Shown here: piece by piece, positions 12,886 to 25,059 of the stretch
How positions within the stretch are numbered: the first letter of the stretch is position 1
Layout of the letters: each line of letters starts with the position of its first letter
Assembly: GCF_036321535.1 (NCBI RefSeq)
Contig: NC_087449.1
Span: forward strand, 41,540,001-41,604,000
Origin: Camelus dromedarius
Lineage: Eukaryota
DNA: 64,000 bases
Direction: 5' to 3'
Notes under the pieces: generated by a model
What the model saw: the letters and a program-made list of their open reading frames with translations, nothing else
What the model was told of the DNA's origin: nothing
Database searches by the model: none
Position numbers and translations under genes: made by a program

Positions 12886-13099
12886 TTAAAATATATTAAT
12901 ATATACATGACATGGGGGGACAAAGAGAACACAGGCAAATGCTGCAGATCTCTCCCTGCTGCTCTCCACGAGGTAATAGCTGGGATGGATCAATTTCCTC
13001 CTTCCCTGGGCAGGATTCTTGACCCACGAAGGTCATCCAAACGGTCATTCCTATGGATCTGAGACCTTGGAGGTCCTGCCCATCTGGGGCTGTGGCGGT

Positions 13100-13360
13100 C
13101 TTCAGCTACCCTTTAGCTTAAGACAGTTTCCATCCCTGTTACTTCCTGCTCCCACAGAGTATCAGAAAGCTGCTTTGCTCATGATAGAATCAGTAATCCC
13201 AGTCACACCGTAACCCCTTTTTGTACTTGTTTGCTCATTGACATGAGGAGTTTTCAGTGGCCAGCTGGCATTCTTAACTTCTACTCGAATGTGAATATTC
13301 TCACATTCTCTAGTGGAAAGATCCCTACCTTGGCTATTAAACTTCTAAACCCCAAGTTTG
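13100..13360 (-). pseudogene. ERV-L dUTPase remnant downstream of integrase
   Basis: GLEV(frameshift)IAKVGIFPLENVRIFTFE*KLRMPAGH*KLLMSMSKQVQKGVTV*, matching the recalled ERV-L dUTPase GLEVLVP..GMLPPG..WKLRLPPGHFGLLMP..QAKKGVTV. Confidence 0.8.
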
Positions 13361-13449
13361 TGGAGAAGGTCACTAGGTGGAATGGTGAGCACCGCCACCC
13401 CTGTTTCTGCTCCTTGGTCCCCTGGCCATGTATTCCAGCTCTGGGAGAA

Positions 13450-15725
13450 GTTGATTCATGTATAGGTAGCTGGTTAAGTGTGAATACAGGACTGACAGGC
13501 TGGCTCCTCTGGCACCACAGTGTTTTTCATTCCATTTGTCTCTGGAACCAATGTCTCCATTAGGTCATTCCATAATTCTATAGGTCCATCGACTTCTTGG
13601 CCATGGGGTACCTGGTATGACTAATGGGTCTAATTGGCTTCAGTCTATCAGCTTACCCCTCTCTCTGTAAAATGAACTTCTTGGTCTACAGCAGTGTCGA
13701 TAGGGATACCATGACTGTGGATGAGGTATTCAGTGAGCCTGCAGATGGTTCTGCTGGCAGAATTATGGTAGGCAGGGAAAGCAAATCCAAAGCCAGAATA
13801 AGTTGCTGTTCCAATGAAGAAAAATTGCTGTTCCTCCCATGAAAGAAGGAATCTGATGTCATCTACCTCCACCAGGGGGTGTCCATAGCTGCTTTGTCAC
13901 TGAGCCCATTGAGCAAGCCCTGGGGTGGCCAGGAAAAAAGACCAATTGGCATCTGTGAGGAGGTCTTCTTGTCCACGTTTCTTAAGGCCCTTTCTTCAGG
14001 AACTTTTGAGTGCTCTCACAGGATGCAATTACACTTACTTCCCTGGGTCCGTTCTGAGGGTACAATCCCATGCCTCTTTCCCAAGCTCCTCTTCCACCAA
14101 TCCTTCAAGCTTGTCTCTTCCAAGTCCCTGTCTGTCTGACCAAATCATTAGCCACTTACCGTGAATCACTGTAGAACTTAAGCCTTCTGTTCTTCTAGAC
14201 CAAGGCACACCAAGCCTTCTGTTCTTCTAGACCAAGGCACACCAAGAGTGCAGCTTACTGGGAGGATTTCCTTATTCTGTCCTCCAGGGATGCCTCTCAA
14301 TGGGACCGTCACAGCATAGCATCCCACTTCCAGCTGGTGTAGCACCCCATGAAGAGCCATTGTGAACCAGGCTCACAATGTTTTCTCCTCCATAAGCTGG
14401 CTATAAGGAAAGCCTGTGAGACCATGAGTGCAGGCTGAGAAAGATACAGCTCACGGCAAGGAGGAACCCCCTCCTATGCAATGTGCTTGTGCTCTCAGGA
14501 CCTGCCTGGGTCCAGACCCATTTATACCATTTCCACTAGATGAGGGAGTACTATTGGGCATGCTCAATTTAATGGCGAGGTGGACCCCATAACATGGCAG
14601 GACTCTTGGACTTAACAATTACCTCATAGCCTATGGCCAGGTGTTTAGCCTCTGTCAGGGCCAAGGGGCAAGCCAAGAACTGTTTCTCAAAAGGTGAAGA
14701 GTTATTTGCCAGAGAAGGCACCACCTTGCTCCAAAAACAAAGGGTCTCTAACTGTGATGCCCCTATCAGGTCTTGCCAAAAGACTCCATACAGCGTCACA
14801 GTCTGCTGCAGACACTTTAAGCACCGTGGATCTAATGTATCATAAGAACTTGGCTTGAAGTCTTAACCAGCTTGGATCCCATTTAAAGCCAGCAGCTTTT
14901 TCGATCACTCAGGAACTGGCTTGAAGTAATATACACAAATGTGGTAGATGTTGCCTCTAAAATCCAAAGTAGCCCGCCAAGTGATGTGCCCCTTTCTTAG
15001 GGGTGTAAAGCTGAACAACTTATTCTTCCCTTTGAAGAGAATGTTCTAAATTTCCCAGGCTGATACTTTCACAGAAGCTTAACTGGGTTCCCTGCATTTT
15101 CCCAGGCTATTTCACCCCTCAACCCTCTCCCCACCAGAACACAACTGTATTTCAAGATACTTGCCATTTTATGATCTCTAGGACCTACAAGCAAGATATC
15201 ATCAATGTGCTAGACTAGTGTGATGTCCTATGGAATGATGAAATCATCAAGGTCCCTATGAACTAATGTGGTACAGAACCAGACACAGAGTTGGAGTTGA
15301 TACAGCACAGTGGCAAGATGGAAGGTATACTGCTGTCCCTGCCATGAGAACTCTAAGTACTTCTGGTGTTGTCTGATTACTAGGATAGAACAGGGTGTCA
15401 GATATCAGATATGCATTAATTTGTTCCGGCCACGAGACTACACTTGGAACATTACAGAACTATAACTGGCATCACTCTCTGATTAATTCCAATGATCCTT
15501 TTTCATTTTTAAAGACTCATCTGTCTTATGCACTGGGCAAACCAGAAAGTTAAATGGAATCACCATCCCTGCATCTTTTTTCGATAGCGTCAATCTTTGT
15601 GGTTGCACGGAAGAAGTGTTATTGCCCTGACTTACTATTTTGATGAGGTTTGGAAACCTACAGTGGCTTTCGCTTGGTCCATCCAGGCTCCATGGGTCAG
15701 GGAGCCAGGGTAGTAAATCTGCCAA
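13450..15725 (-). pseudogene. pol: ERV-L pol remnant (RT, RNase H, integrase)
   Basis: RT: AGMVIPFNFLVCPVHKTDESLKM and ITLV*HIDDILLVGP (YxDD as HIDD, 15198-15209). Connection: LCFWSKVVPSLANNSSPFEKQFLAC. RNase H: QLMEEKTL*AWFT. Integrase: EVDDI..TYSGFGFAFPA..HGIP..AVDQ..HFT and IELWNDL (E codon 13576-13578). Confidence 0.92.
14180..14246. repeat. Perfect 32-bp tandem duplication inside ERV-L pol
   Basis: AAGCCTTCTGTTCTTCTAGACCAAGGCACACC x2 (14180-14211, 14212-14243) plus AAG. Confidence 0.97.
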
Positions 15726-15729
15726 TCCT

Positions 15730-15960
15730 GACGGTATCTATTTTAACAATATAATTAGTACCTGAGTAAGTAACCACAGTTAGTACTGCTGTGTGTCACA
15801 GAGCACACTCAGATCAACATTTCATTTGTCATCTGATTCCTATAAACCCCTAATCTAATTGGTCAATCTCAGGGGTGATCTCCATCTTTAGGAATTAACA
15901 CTAATTCAGGGCTAGTGTCTAATAACTCTCAAAAGATCTAGGGTCTTTGCCAGTACACTG
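15730..15960 (-). pseudogene. pro: ERV-L aspartic protease remnant
   Basis: VTVYWQRP*IF*ELLDTSPELVLIPKD..PIRLGVYRNQ. The catalytic DTG is present as DTS at 15911-15919. Confidence 0.85.
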
Positions 15961-16399
15961 TTACTTGTTTCCAGACCATACCTTGCAATATGGCCACAGA
16001 TCCCGCTGAGGAAGGACTAGAGAAGCTTTAAGGAATTAATTTATTTAATGTATTGTTATTGCAGAGTGTTTCCTCAAGGCGGCCCCTTCCTCTTTCATTC
16101 AACAGACTCTGGTTCTGCGTATTGACGAGGTGAGGTTCTAAAAAATTTTTGTTGTAATGGCTCAAGTCATTTTCTGTTCATAAGATGCACAGCTACTTTA
16201 TTATATGAATCAGTATAGGACTTTGGCAGCCTTCCCATTTCTTCTGGCCTTAAACCCATGATCATTAACTATGTCTAAAAAAAAAAAAACAAGTAAACAA
16301 ACAAACAAAAATCCTGCAGTTTGGACCACTCTAATCACCATGAGGCTCTGCTTCCTATAACGGTCACCACCTACACCCAGCCTCTGACCTTTAAGTGCT

Positions 16400-17480
16400 A
16401 CCACATGGCCTCTGTGACACCAGGATCTTCCCTTGTCCATTAAAACCAGGGGCCCATTCAACTGTGGCAATGTCCACCAGCACTCCGGGCCCACAGAGTG
16501 CAGTCATTGCAGGAGTTTTTCAAAGGGGTTGGCACTTCTCTCATCAGTGATCTTTTTCCAAGGTCTTGGTGAAGGAAGTCCTTCTGGGCTCTCTTAGGGG
16601 TGAGAGTTTAGAGGGGGAGGACACTTCTTTCTTTTGAATTTCTTACATAGAGAAATTTCTTTCACCTCCTCAAACCAAAGCACTGACTCCAGAGCTCATC
16701 GACATCAGGAAATTCATCCAGATTTAAAATTATATTCCTTCTGAGAATTCATCCCCCTATGTATTCCCTAGAATTTTGCCGAGATAAATGAGCAAAGTCT
16801 TGTAATTCTGTCAGTGAGCCAACTTTCTCCTCCAAGGTTTGCCTTTATAATTGGTCCCCAGGAACATGCTGGAATCTGATCTAGTCATAAGCCTGGGAGA
16901 CAATGAGGAATGTTGGTTTCCTTTTGTAAGGCAACACCTTTATGCAAGGAGTCTTTAACTAAGGCTCGACAGTCTTGTCCAAGAGAAGCAGGGCCAATCT
17001 GGCCAACATGGTCGATTCTGTAGGGTTTGGGACATTGGATTGTTGAGTCTGCCATTCTCATGCATAACCCCATTTTGATTCTCAATTTTCTTTCTGGATT
17101 AATTCCTTAAATTTGATGAAAGAACCCTACAAAGGTTGAGGATTCAACCATTAGAATTCAGTAATCCACCAGAATAAACCAGGCATGTGGTTTTTGGTTG
17201 TTTCAGCTCTGCCTCCGTAAGAGGTGAGACTTTTTTTCCTAGTCACAGAAAATTCCTGACTTTCAGTTCATGCTTGAGCCAAGGCTCGAGGGACTTTTGC
17301 TCATTATTTTCTTTCTTTAAGCTATCCAGTGCCGTTAGAAGCAGACTTTCCACCCCACAGTCCTTGAATTCCTCTGCCCTTTATTCTGCTCTATGGCAAT
17401 GGTCATTTCAAGCCCCTGATACCTTCTTTCCAAGGGTGTTTCATTTTTGATGACCACAAGGGACACTTTAATTAGCTGTT
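16400..17480 (-). pseudogene. gag: ERV-L gag remnant
   Basis: 16680-16800 translates to RQNSREYIGG*ILRRNIILNLDEFPDVDELWSQCF, resembling ERV-L gag (..WILRVWDNGGRNIKLDQAEFIDMGPLSRDSAF, recalled consensus). Confidence 0.7.
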
Positions 17481-17631
17481 TCAGCACTGGGTACCATGAG
17501 CTTCTGGGTCTCATCCTTTTACTCTGGCTGTTAGTTCCCTGCCTTCAGCCCTAAGTAGGGCAGTAACCAATCCCGGATTCCCAGGATTCCCCCAGGGTCT
17601 GTGCCTGCACCCCAATTATAGCACCAATATC

Positions 17632-17900
17632 TGTCCTAATCAGGGTACTTGTTTGCAAACAACGGGAAAAAAAAAAACTCTGGATGACTTAGACTGAAAA
17701 TACATTCATCAGAAAGGCATCAGGGAGTCCATCGACTCTGCAGAAGTCAGAGGACCAGGCAGGCACCAGGGGTCACGTACAAGACCCTGCCATAGGATAG
17801 AGAGACCCAGGAGCTGCTCTGGTTCTCTCACCACCAGCCTCCCTCTTCCACTGCCATTGTCCTCGCTGCCTCTGCACCTTAGGCCACTCTGTTGTGAAGT
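17632..17900 (-). mobile_element. 5' LTR (partial) of the ERV-L element, with adjacent PBS-like sequence
   Basis: The minus strand reads ...GATTAGGACA|GATATTGGTGC: an LTR ending in CA followed by a TGGTGC PBS-like start (17621-17626). The far boundary is uncertain and is near the (TG)32. Confidence 0.7.
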
Positions 17901-17904
17901 CACA

Positions 17905-17906
<2 letters not shown>

Positions 17907-17970
<64 letters not shown>
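17907..17970. repeat. (TG)32 microsatellite
   Basis: Perfect 64-bp TG run. Confidence 0.98.
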
Positions 17971-17973
<3 letters not shown>

Positions 17974-18049
17974 AGGTAGGAAGGAGGGGAAGTCCCATGA
18001 GTTGCTCCTTCTCATGGGGTAATAGAACCAGCCCTAAAGTAGTAGTGAC

Positions 18050-19070
18050 CTATGTCAGGCTGGAAGCCCAGCTCTACCATTGACTTGACCCAGCTGCATG
18101 ACCTTGAGCAAATTCCTGACCTTTTCTGGATGGGCCTCAGTTGCATCATCTGGAAAATGGGGACCATACCTAGTATTCCAGCTTCACTGAGTTATTGTGC
18201 CCCCACAGCATCCTTTTTCCATGGGTGGGACTTGGCTCAATGTGTAATGAGACATTGATTTGTGAACAACACTGACGATGTCTGTTCCACCAATAGATGG
18301 TAGGCTCTGTGAGGTCAAGGACTTTGTCTACCTGCTGTTTTCCCAACACCTAGAAAAATGCATGAAATGTACTATGGACCCAACAAATATTTGTTGAATG
18401 AGAGATTAAATAAGCTAACAGATCAGGAAGGACTAACTGTCGAGGGCTGTGCACATTTAAGTCAGGTGCTTTGGAGCCAGAAAGATCTCATTCAGTCCCA
18501 TGTCTTTGTATACCAGGGTCTCGCTGAGTGATCTCATGTGGGCTTTGGTTTCTGAGGCTATAAATAGATGCTGAGGTCCCCTGTAAAGCTGTGGTGAGTA
18601 TTCAAAGAAAGAGTGTGTGAAGGGCCCAGCCCTGGGCGGGCATGGAGCCGGCCTGGTGGGCAGCCAGGAGCCTGGGTTCTGACCCCAGCTCTGCCATCTC
18701 CTCTCGGGGCAGGTAAGGTGTGGCCATTGATCATGAGGTCCCTCCCAGAAGGGACACTTGGGGCCTTATACCACCACTAAGCATCCTGCAAAATGAGGCT
18801 CTCATGTGTGCAATGGCGCAGACAGGGAAGCCTAGGGTCAGACTCCCAGTCTCACACCCCGCAGCCACAAAGGGAGGCCTGGCCTGTGCTGGAGCTGGGC
18901 AGACTGGGCCCTGACGCTCGTGACCCTGGGCGGGTCACAGTTTCTTCTCTCTGGGCCTCAGTTTCCCTACTTGTAATATTAAGACTGTCAGGAAATTACA
19001 TCAACATATGAGGCATGTGTGTAAGTGTGCACTCAGTAAATATCAACTATTGCTATTAGTATTGTTGTTA
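18050..19070 (+). mobile_element. MIR/L2 cluster (three MIRs and one L2 tail)
   Basis: CATGACCTTGAGCAAAT..CATCATCTGGAAAATGGGG, CAACAAATATTTGTTGAATG, CTCTGGGCCTCAGTTTCCCTACTTGTAA. Confidence 0.7.
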
Positions 19071-19989
19071 TTATTGTAACCCCTGAATTATATATATTCA
19101 GACAAACAACTATTTTTAATGCAATAAATATGCCATTCTCCTCTCTCTATCTCTGCTTGGGAGGCTCTTTCCCTTTCTCTCTCCCCTCACTCTGTGTGTT
19201 CAAAGTCCTCTCATCCTCTGCATTCGACTCAGGGGAGGCCACCCAGTGTCCCCTGTAAGTCCCCGCTGTCACCTGTACACCAGTCTTGGCACTGGCCCAT
19301 GGCACTACAATCGTCTGGGAGTCGACTCCCTGCCAACTACCCTGGGACTTACTCCAGGTCTGGTTGTGCCTCCTCGTCTGTAACCTCAGGACCCAACCCA
19401 AGGCGCCGCACACAGTGGGGGCTTAGGAATGAATGGATGAGTGAATCACTACTGATTTCAAAACTATAAAACCAGTCTCTGTCTTTGTCCAAGGACAGAG
19501 TCTAAAGAAATGACTTAAACTCGCAGAAAGATGCACTGAAGTTAGACCCCAGTGGAAATGTCCCTGCTGTGTTACCTACTAAACCCTGCAGGGGAGGGAC
19601 AGAATGAGGATGTATGCTTTCCTGCTTCCTGGAGAGAAGCTGGGGACTAGGCAGGGGAAGGGAGACCCTTCAGAAAGCATACCTCCACTGACAGGGAGCT
19701 CACTGCCTTCAGGGCCCACTCCTCTGTTACCAACTTTCCGCTGCAACTGGGATCCACTCAGTCCTCGTGTCTCTGATCTCCACCCCTCATCTCTCCCACT
19801 ATCCCCTCTCTCAGGAGGCTGTGACTTCCCAGAGCTGGCAGTCCGGATGCATGCCACCACTCCCAAAAGAAGACAGAGCTTTCTCGTGGCAGTGGTCTAA
19901 TAACGCAGCAGGCTAACGCAGTAAGTAATAAGCTCCTGGATGGTGAAAACAGGCACAGACCTGCCAGGAGAGTTTGTCTTTATAACACA

Positions 19990-20600
19990 GTTGCGCTTAC
20001 GGGAGGACACTTAGGTGAACCTTCTCCTCTGCCTGTTTGAGCTGGTGTGGAGGCCATTTTCCCAGGTAAAAGCTGAGGAAACAGCACTCCAGGCAGAAGG
20101 AATGGCACATGCAAAAGCATAGAGACTGAAAACACCCTCCATGTTTGTAAAAAAGACAAATTGTCTTAACTTTCAAGGCCAGAATATAGGGTCCCAATAT
20201 TTACTGAACACAGACTATGTGTCCGACACTGGGCTAGGACCTGGGGAGACACTGCAAACAAGACACACACAGTCCCTGCTCTCATGGAATTTACCATATA
20301 GTCAGGGAGCAGATAAGAAACAATAAGAAGTGATGGAATTCATTTCAGATGGTTACACATGTGATAAAAAAAAAAAAAGCCAGGTGACACAATGGAGAAT
20401 GACTAGGGGTGGGGTGGTCAGGAAGTGCCTCTCTGAGGAAGTGACTTGTGAACTGAGATCTGAAAGTAGCAAAGAAATAGTCATGCAAAGAGCAGGGTGA
20501 AGAGGGCTCCAGATAGCGGGAACAGCAAGTACAAAGGCCCTGAGGCAGGAACAGACTCAGAATTATGAAAAAACACAAGGAGGCCAGTGTGGCTGAAGTG
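19990..20600. mobile_element. L2 fragments in both orientations
   Basis: CAATATTTACTGAAC..TATGTGTCCGACACTGGGCTAGG..GTGGTCAGGAAGTGCCTCTCTGAGGAAGTGAC..CAAAGGCCCTGAGGCAGGAAC. Confidence 0.75.
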
Positions 20601-21879
20601 TAGGGAGGAGGGGGAGAGTACCCCATACTTGGCTGGTCTCACCTGTCCCAGTTTCTCCCCTCTGCTTGGATGCTGGGCCTCCTGGGCAGGCTGAGTGTTC
20701 AGAGTGATACCCTCACTCCCTGCTCCCCAGACCCCACTGCTTTAAGGATCCCGGTTCTTTCTGGCAGCAGGTTCCAGTCCATCTCAATCTCAGCTCTACG
20801 AACTCAGCCTGCTCCTTCCTGCACAAGCAGCCCAGCCTCTCAGCCCATCCCCCAGGGGAGATCTCAGCACCCATTCCAACCTCAACCCAGGAGTCAGGGT
20901 TCTAGCCTGGTCCAAAGGAGCCCAGTCACCAAGCTGGATAGCCCTTTGGCCCCAAACCACCCAAAGAACCAGCTCTGGGGACAGTGTATGGGACCCAGGG
21001 CGTCAGGGGGCGGCACATAGCTGGAGATGGCAGAGCCAGACACAAGATCCCAGACTAGATAGAGCTGCTGGGAGCAGGGAGGGGGTCGGGGCTCAGCGTT
21101 CCTGGGCGGTGATGCCATCTCCTCAGCAAAGGAGGGCAGCAGGCAGGAGCCTCCACTCCCCCCAGAGGACCTGTCCTCCCTGCTACCTGATGAGGGAGCT
21201 GTCAGTTACAGGAAGGCAAGACTGCTAACAGGACAGCTCCAGGGAGCAGGAAATTAACCCACCAGCCAGAAGCAGGGGGCCCTGGGCGGGGTGGGTAATT
21301 AAGGGGCCCAGCACTTAAGGCGCCTTCAAGCTGGGTTAGGGTTCTCAGGGAAGGGGTGAAGGTGCGGCTCAACTGGGGGCCCTGGCTGACTTTGGGAGAG
21401 GGAATCAGCCCTGCCTCCCACCCTTCCTTCTCTTCCCTCTCCTGTCTCTTCTGGACCCCATCCCCCACCCTCTGCTAGCCACACATGTGATTCACAGGCT
21501 CTGCACATTCCCATCTTTGCACATGCTGTTCCTCCCACCTGGAATGCCTTTCCCATTCCAAGCCACCTCATTCAATCCTGCCCTTCCATCAGACCCTATC
21601 CAGGCCCTGTCTCCTCCCAGGAGTTTTCTTGGACCAGTCCTGTGGGAAAGGGCTGCTCTGAGCTCACATAACACAGCCCCTTTGTGTTATGGTGAGGAAA
21701 CAGACTCAGAGAGGGCAATGATTTGTCTGGCATTACACAGCAAAACCAGGACTAAAACTTAAGACTCTTGAATCTTGGACTAATCTTTTTTTCCCACCAC
21801 ACTGTGAGTTCATTAACCAAAAACCAGCCCAGGAAATCATCATGTGCAAAACCCAAGACATGGACTGAGGGCCACGGAG

Positions 21880-22830
21880 GGTTCAGGGTGCCATTATCGT
21901 TATTTATCTAGCATCTACTTCCTCCTGGATTCTGTGCTGGGGACTAGGGATGCTGTAGCAAGCAGACACAGACACAGGGAGGTTGTAGTCTATGATGCCT
22001 CCATGGGATCACCCAGAGCTATGTTCCATGATAAACTAAGAAAAGGCTTCTGTAATGGAAGGAGAATTGAAAATACATATATGTATGTAGGTATATGTAT
22101 AACTGAATCACTTTGCTGTACACCTGAAACTAACATTGTAAGTCGACTACACCTCAATAAAAAAAATAAGAATTTAAAAAGATAGAAAGAAAGAAAAGGC
22201 TTCAAAGAAGAGGCCACAGGTGGGACTTTGAGACAAAGGCATTTAGCCCAGCCTGGGGCCCGGGACAGGCCTCTCTGAAGATGCTGTGCCTGGGCTACAA
22301 CCTGGAGGGTGGAAAGCAACGACTAGGTGATGAGGTGGGGTGGGGAAGAGGGCTCCTGTCAGGGGGAATGGCACGTGCACAGACCAGCACAGGAAGCTGG
22401 GGATAGCTGGAGCTCAGAGTGAGGGGGAGGTGGTCTGAGATCCAGCAGGAAGGTCACGAGGCCTAGATGATGCTAGGATGTTTGATCTTTATCCTCAAAG
22501 CACTGGGAAGCCACTGCAGAATTTTCATCAAAGGAATTGTGTGTGTTGGGGAATGTCACTGGCTGCAGTGCAGGGGAGGCGTTAGAAGGGAGCCAGTGAA
22601 GGTGGGGCCTGCCGGGAGGCTCCGGAACAGTCCAGGTGATGGTGGCCTGGACCAGTACAGAGCCAGCGGCAGTCAAGGAAGGAGTGTCAAGAAAGGGTGT
22701 GTGAGGCTGGAATCGTCCAGGGCAGGGGCAGGGCAGAGGTGGGGGACAGACAGGCTGGGGAAGAGTCGAGGGAGAGGAAGGAGTCAAGGTAGCCCCGCTC
22801 CAGGATTCTGGTTTGAGCAATAAGGTGGCG
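21880..22830 (-). mobile_element. L2 fragment interrupted by an L1 tail
   Basis: CTTTATCCTCAAAGCACTGGGAAGCCACTG..GGCTGCAGTGCAG..GGTGATGGTGGCCTGGACCAG..CCAGGATTCTGGTTTGAGCAA. Confidence 0.75.
22060..22185 (+). mobile_element. LINE-1 extreme 3' tail inserted into an L2
   Basis: TATAACTGAATCACTTTGCTGTACACCTGAAACTAACATTGTAAGTCGACTACACCTCAATAAAAAAA, nearly the same as the tail at 7615-7680. Confidence 0.85.
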
Positions 22831-23419
22831 GTTAGCCACCAAGATGCAGACAGTGTCGGGGGAGGGGAATAGGCTGAGCAGGAGATGCTTTTGAGAGACT
22901 GTGGCTCAGAGGGGCTGGAGCCCCGGAGGTGGAGGGGTAGTGGGATGCCATGAGATTGTGTGGTGTGTGCAGGCAGGAGGCAGCCACTGTGAGCCATACC
23001 TTCTCTGTAGTTCCTTTAACATGGCAGGTGCCCTTGCTCCCATTTTCCAGAATAGGAAATCGAGGCTCAGACTGAAAAACATTTTGCCCTGAGTTCCACC
23101 GTGAGGATCTGGTGGAAACTGATTTGCCCTTCCTGAGTTTTTCCCACTTAAAGCTGCCCCCAAGATGCCTCCATGGCTTGAGTCTGGCCTGGAGGAGAAA
23201 GCAGGGCCACCCACATATATACAGAAGGGACAGCTGGGAGCTTGTTAGCATCTGATGGGCATACGGTGGAAAGTGCACCCCACAGGGTTACCCTTGTAGA
23301 GGAGAAAAGGGAGAGGAGGGCAGCCTGGAGGTGAGCAGGGACCCCACCCTCACAGTCAAGGTCGCTGACCTCATGGCCTTTCCGCGCATTGCACAGACGT
23401 GTACCAATGCCAGCTCTGT

Positions 23420-23590
23420 GCTAAGCCCTCTGCTGGGCTTTCCATACCCAAGAAGGGATGCTACTGCCCCAGTTTTACAGTTGAGGAAACAGAGGCCAAG
23501 AGAGAGAACAGTCGCAGGTGAGTTAGTGGCAGAATGCAAAAAGGACCAAAAAGACCCAGGAATGTCTGGCTTCAGAATTCCAGCTCACTC
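23420..23590 (-). mobile_element. MIR SINE
   Basis: CCCAGTTTTACAGTTGAGGAAACAGAGGCCAAGAGAG..GAGTTAGTGGCAGA. Confidence 0.8.
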
Positions 23591-25046
23591 TCTCTAAGGG
23601 CTGGAGGGGTTAGTGAGCAGCTGGTGGAGGCAGCGAGGGAGAAGCCCCGGGCTCGAGGACTACTCGACCTCTCCTATCCCCCTATCAACCCCCAATGGGC
23701 CCTGGGCCTCTGGGATGCAGGCCCAGGGGGAGGAGGAGAAGGGAGGGATGTGAGTCCGCTAAGAAGCTTCTGAGAGTCTTTTCGGTCACCTGAGAGTCCA
23801 AGTTAGCATCTCTTTATTCCGCTGCCTGTCCCACTCCCCCATCCCCCGGGCCCAGAGCCCAGGGCAGCCTCCCGTACCCAGGCAGTGGAAGGGAGAAGGC
23901 TTACAGAACCCTTTCACCCCCATCAGGGCTGCCTACTCCGTTCAGGCAGGGAGGGGACAGGAATCCCGTGGTCCAGGGAAGGGTGATGGCTGGCCCAGCC
24001 TGGAGAAGCCAAGCCCTGGGAAAGGCTGACCTGTGAATCCTTGGATTTGGGGGTGCAGTGGGAAGCTCCAGCTGTGCAGAAGCAGCTGCTGCCTTGGAAG
24101 GTCAAAGGGGGTGTGGGGGTGCTAGGGGCAGAGACAAAGTAGAAGTCGTCCTGGCCAGCAGAGGGCGCTGATGCAGCAGAAATCCATCCAGGTGGCCTGC
24201 AAGGAGCTTGCCTGCCCTGAAATGGGTGTGGGGTCACCAAGGCTAGAACATGATCCTGGAGCAGTGGGGAAGAGGCACCTGCTCACCAGACCCGGTGGTT
24301 GATATAGGACTCCAGCACGAGGGACCCAGTATGGTCATGGTGTCACGAATAAGAGCCCAGTCTTCAGAATCCACAAGGACGGATGGGTTGGAATCCTGGT
24401 TACTGCTGTGTGGCCTTGGGCATGTCTTTTCTCCTCTGACCTTCATATTCCACCTCTGTGAAGTAAAGAGGCTCATAGCACCTCCCCTACTGGCTTGTTG
24501 TGAGGCATCAATGAGAACGCAGGTGAGGCACCGCATCTGGTGTGCAGTAAAGCACTAGGTAAAGTCCTTCATAAGGAACAGAGAATGCATTCAGCCAGCA
24601 GGACCAGCAGGTGGAGGTCCACACCCCACCCCCACCTCAACCCCTGACCCAGGGTCCTTCACCTTCTCACACAGGTTACGGATGGGTACCCGACACCTTC
24701 AGAGCAGGAGAGGGCTTCAGCACAGGAAGAAAGGGCCACAGGGATAGAGACCTGGGCCAAGTACTCCTGATGGGTCTAGGACCTTGGCCACCTGCCAGGT
24801 CCACTTCATTTTCTCAACAGATTTAGCAAGCACCTGCCCATGGCAGGCTCTGCATCAGGCACAGAAGTTTCAGGATAGAAGACATGCTTGTCTTGCACCC
24901 CAGACCGGGTCAGGGACGCCTCCTGCCGACCACGGCCAGGCAGGGCCGGGTGCTGCCTGTCCTGGCTCCACACTGGCAGGCACCTCCTGCTACCAGGCCC
25001 AACGCTTGGCTTCACAAGGCCCCGTTATAGCCATAGGGAAGGTGAC

Positions 25047-25059
25047 CGCTGACTCAGCA
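25047..25059. promoter_or_regulatory. Candidate T-MARE / ARE (Maf, Nrf2, Bach, AP-1)
   Basis: CGCTGACTCAGCA, 12/13 to the palindromic TGCTGACTCAGCA. Confidence 0.45.

Larger units (their letters stand above)
12945..17631 (-). mobile_element. Decayed ERV-L (class III) endogenous retrovirus internal region, gag-pro-pol-dUTPase, 3'-truncated
   Basis: Manual minus-strand translation gives ERV-L motifs in the expected order: gag ~16700-16800, protease LLDTS 15911, RT HIDD 15198, RNase H AWFT ~14370, integrase, dUTPase ~13200-13350. Many stops and frameshifts. No 3' LTR seen. Confidence 0.93.

Noticed and set aside
5160-22185. Using the shared + orientation of three L1 tails to infer host-gene strand
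   Set aside because: Three elements are too few for an orientation-bias argument.
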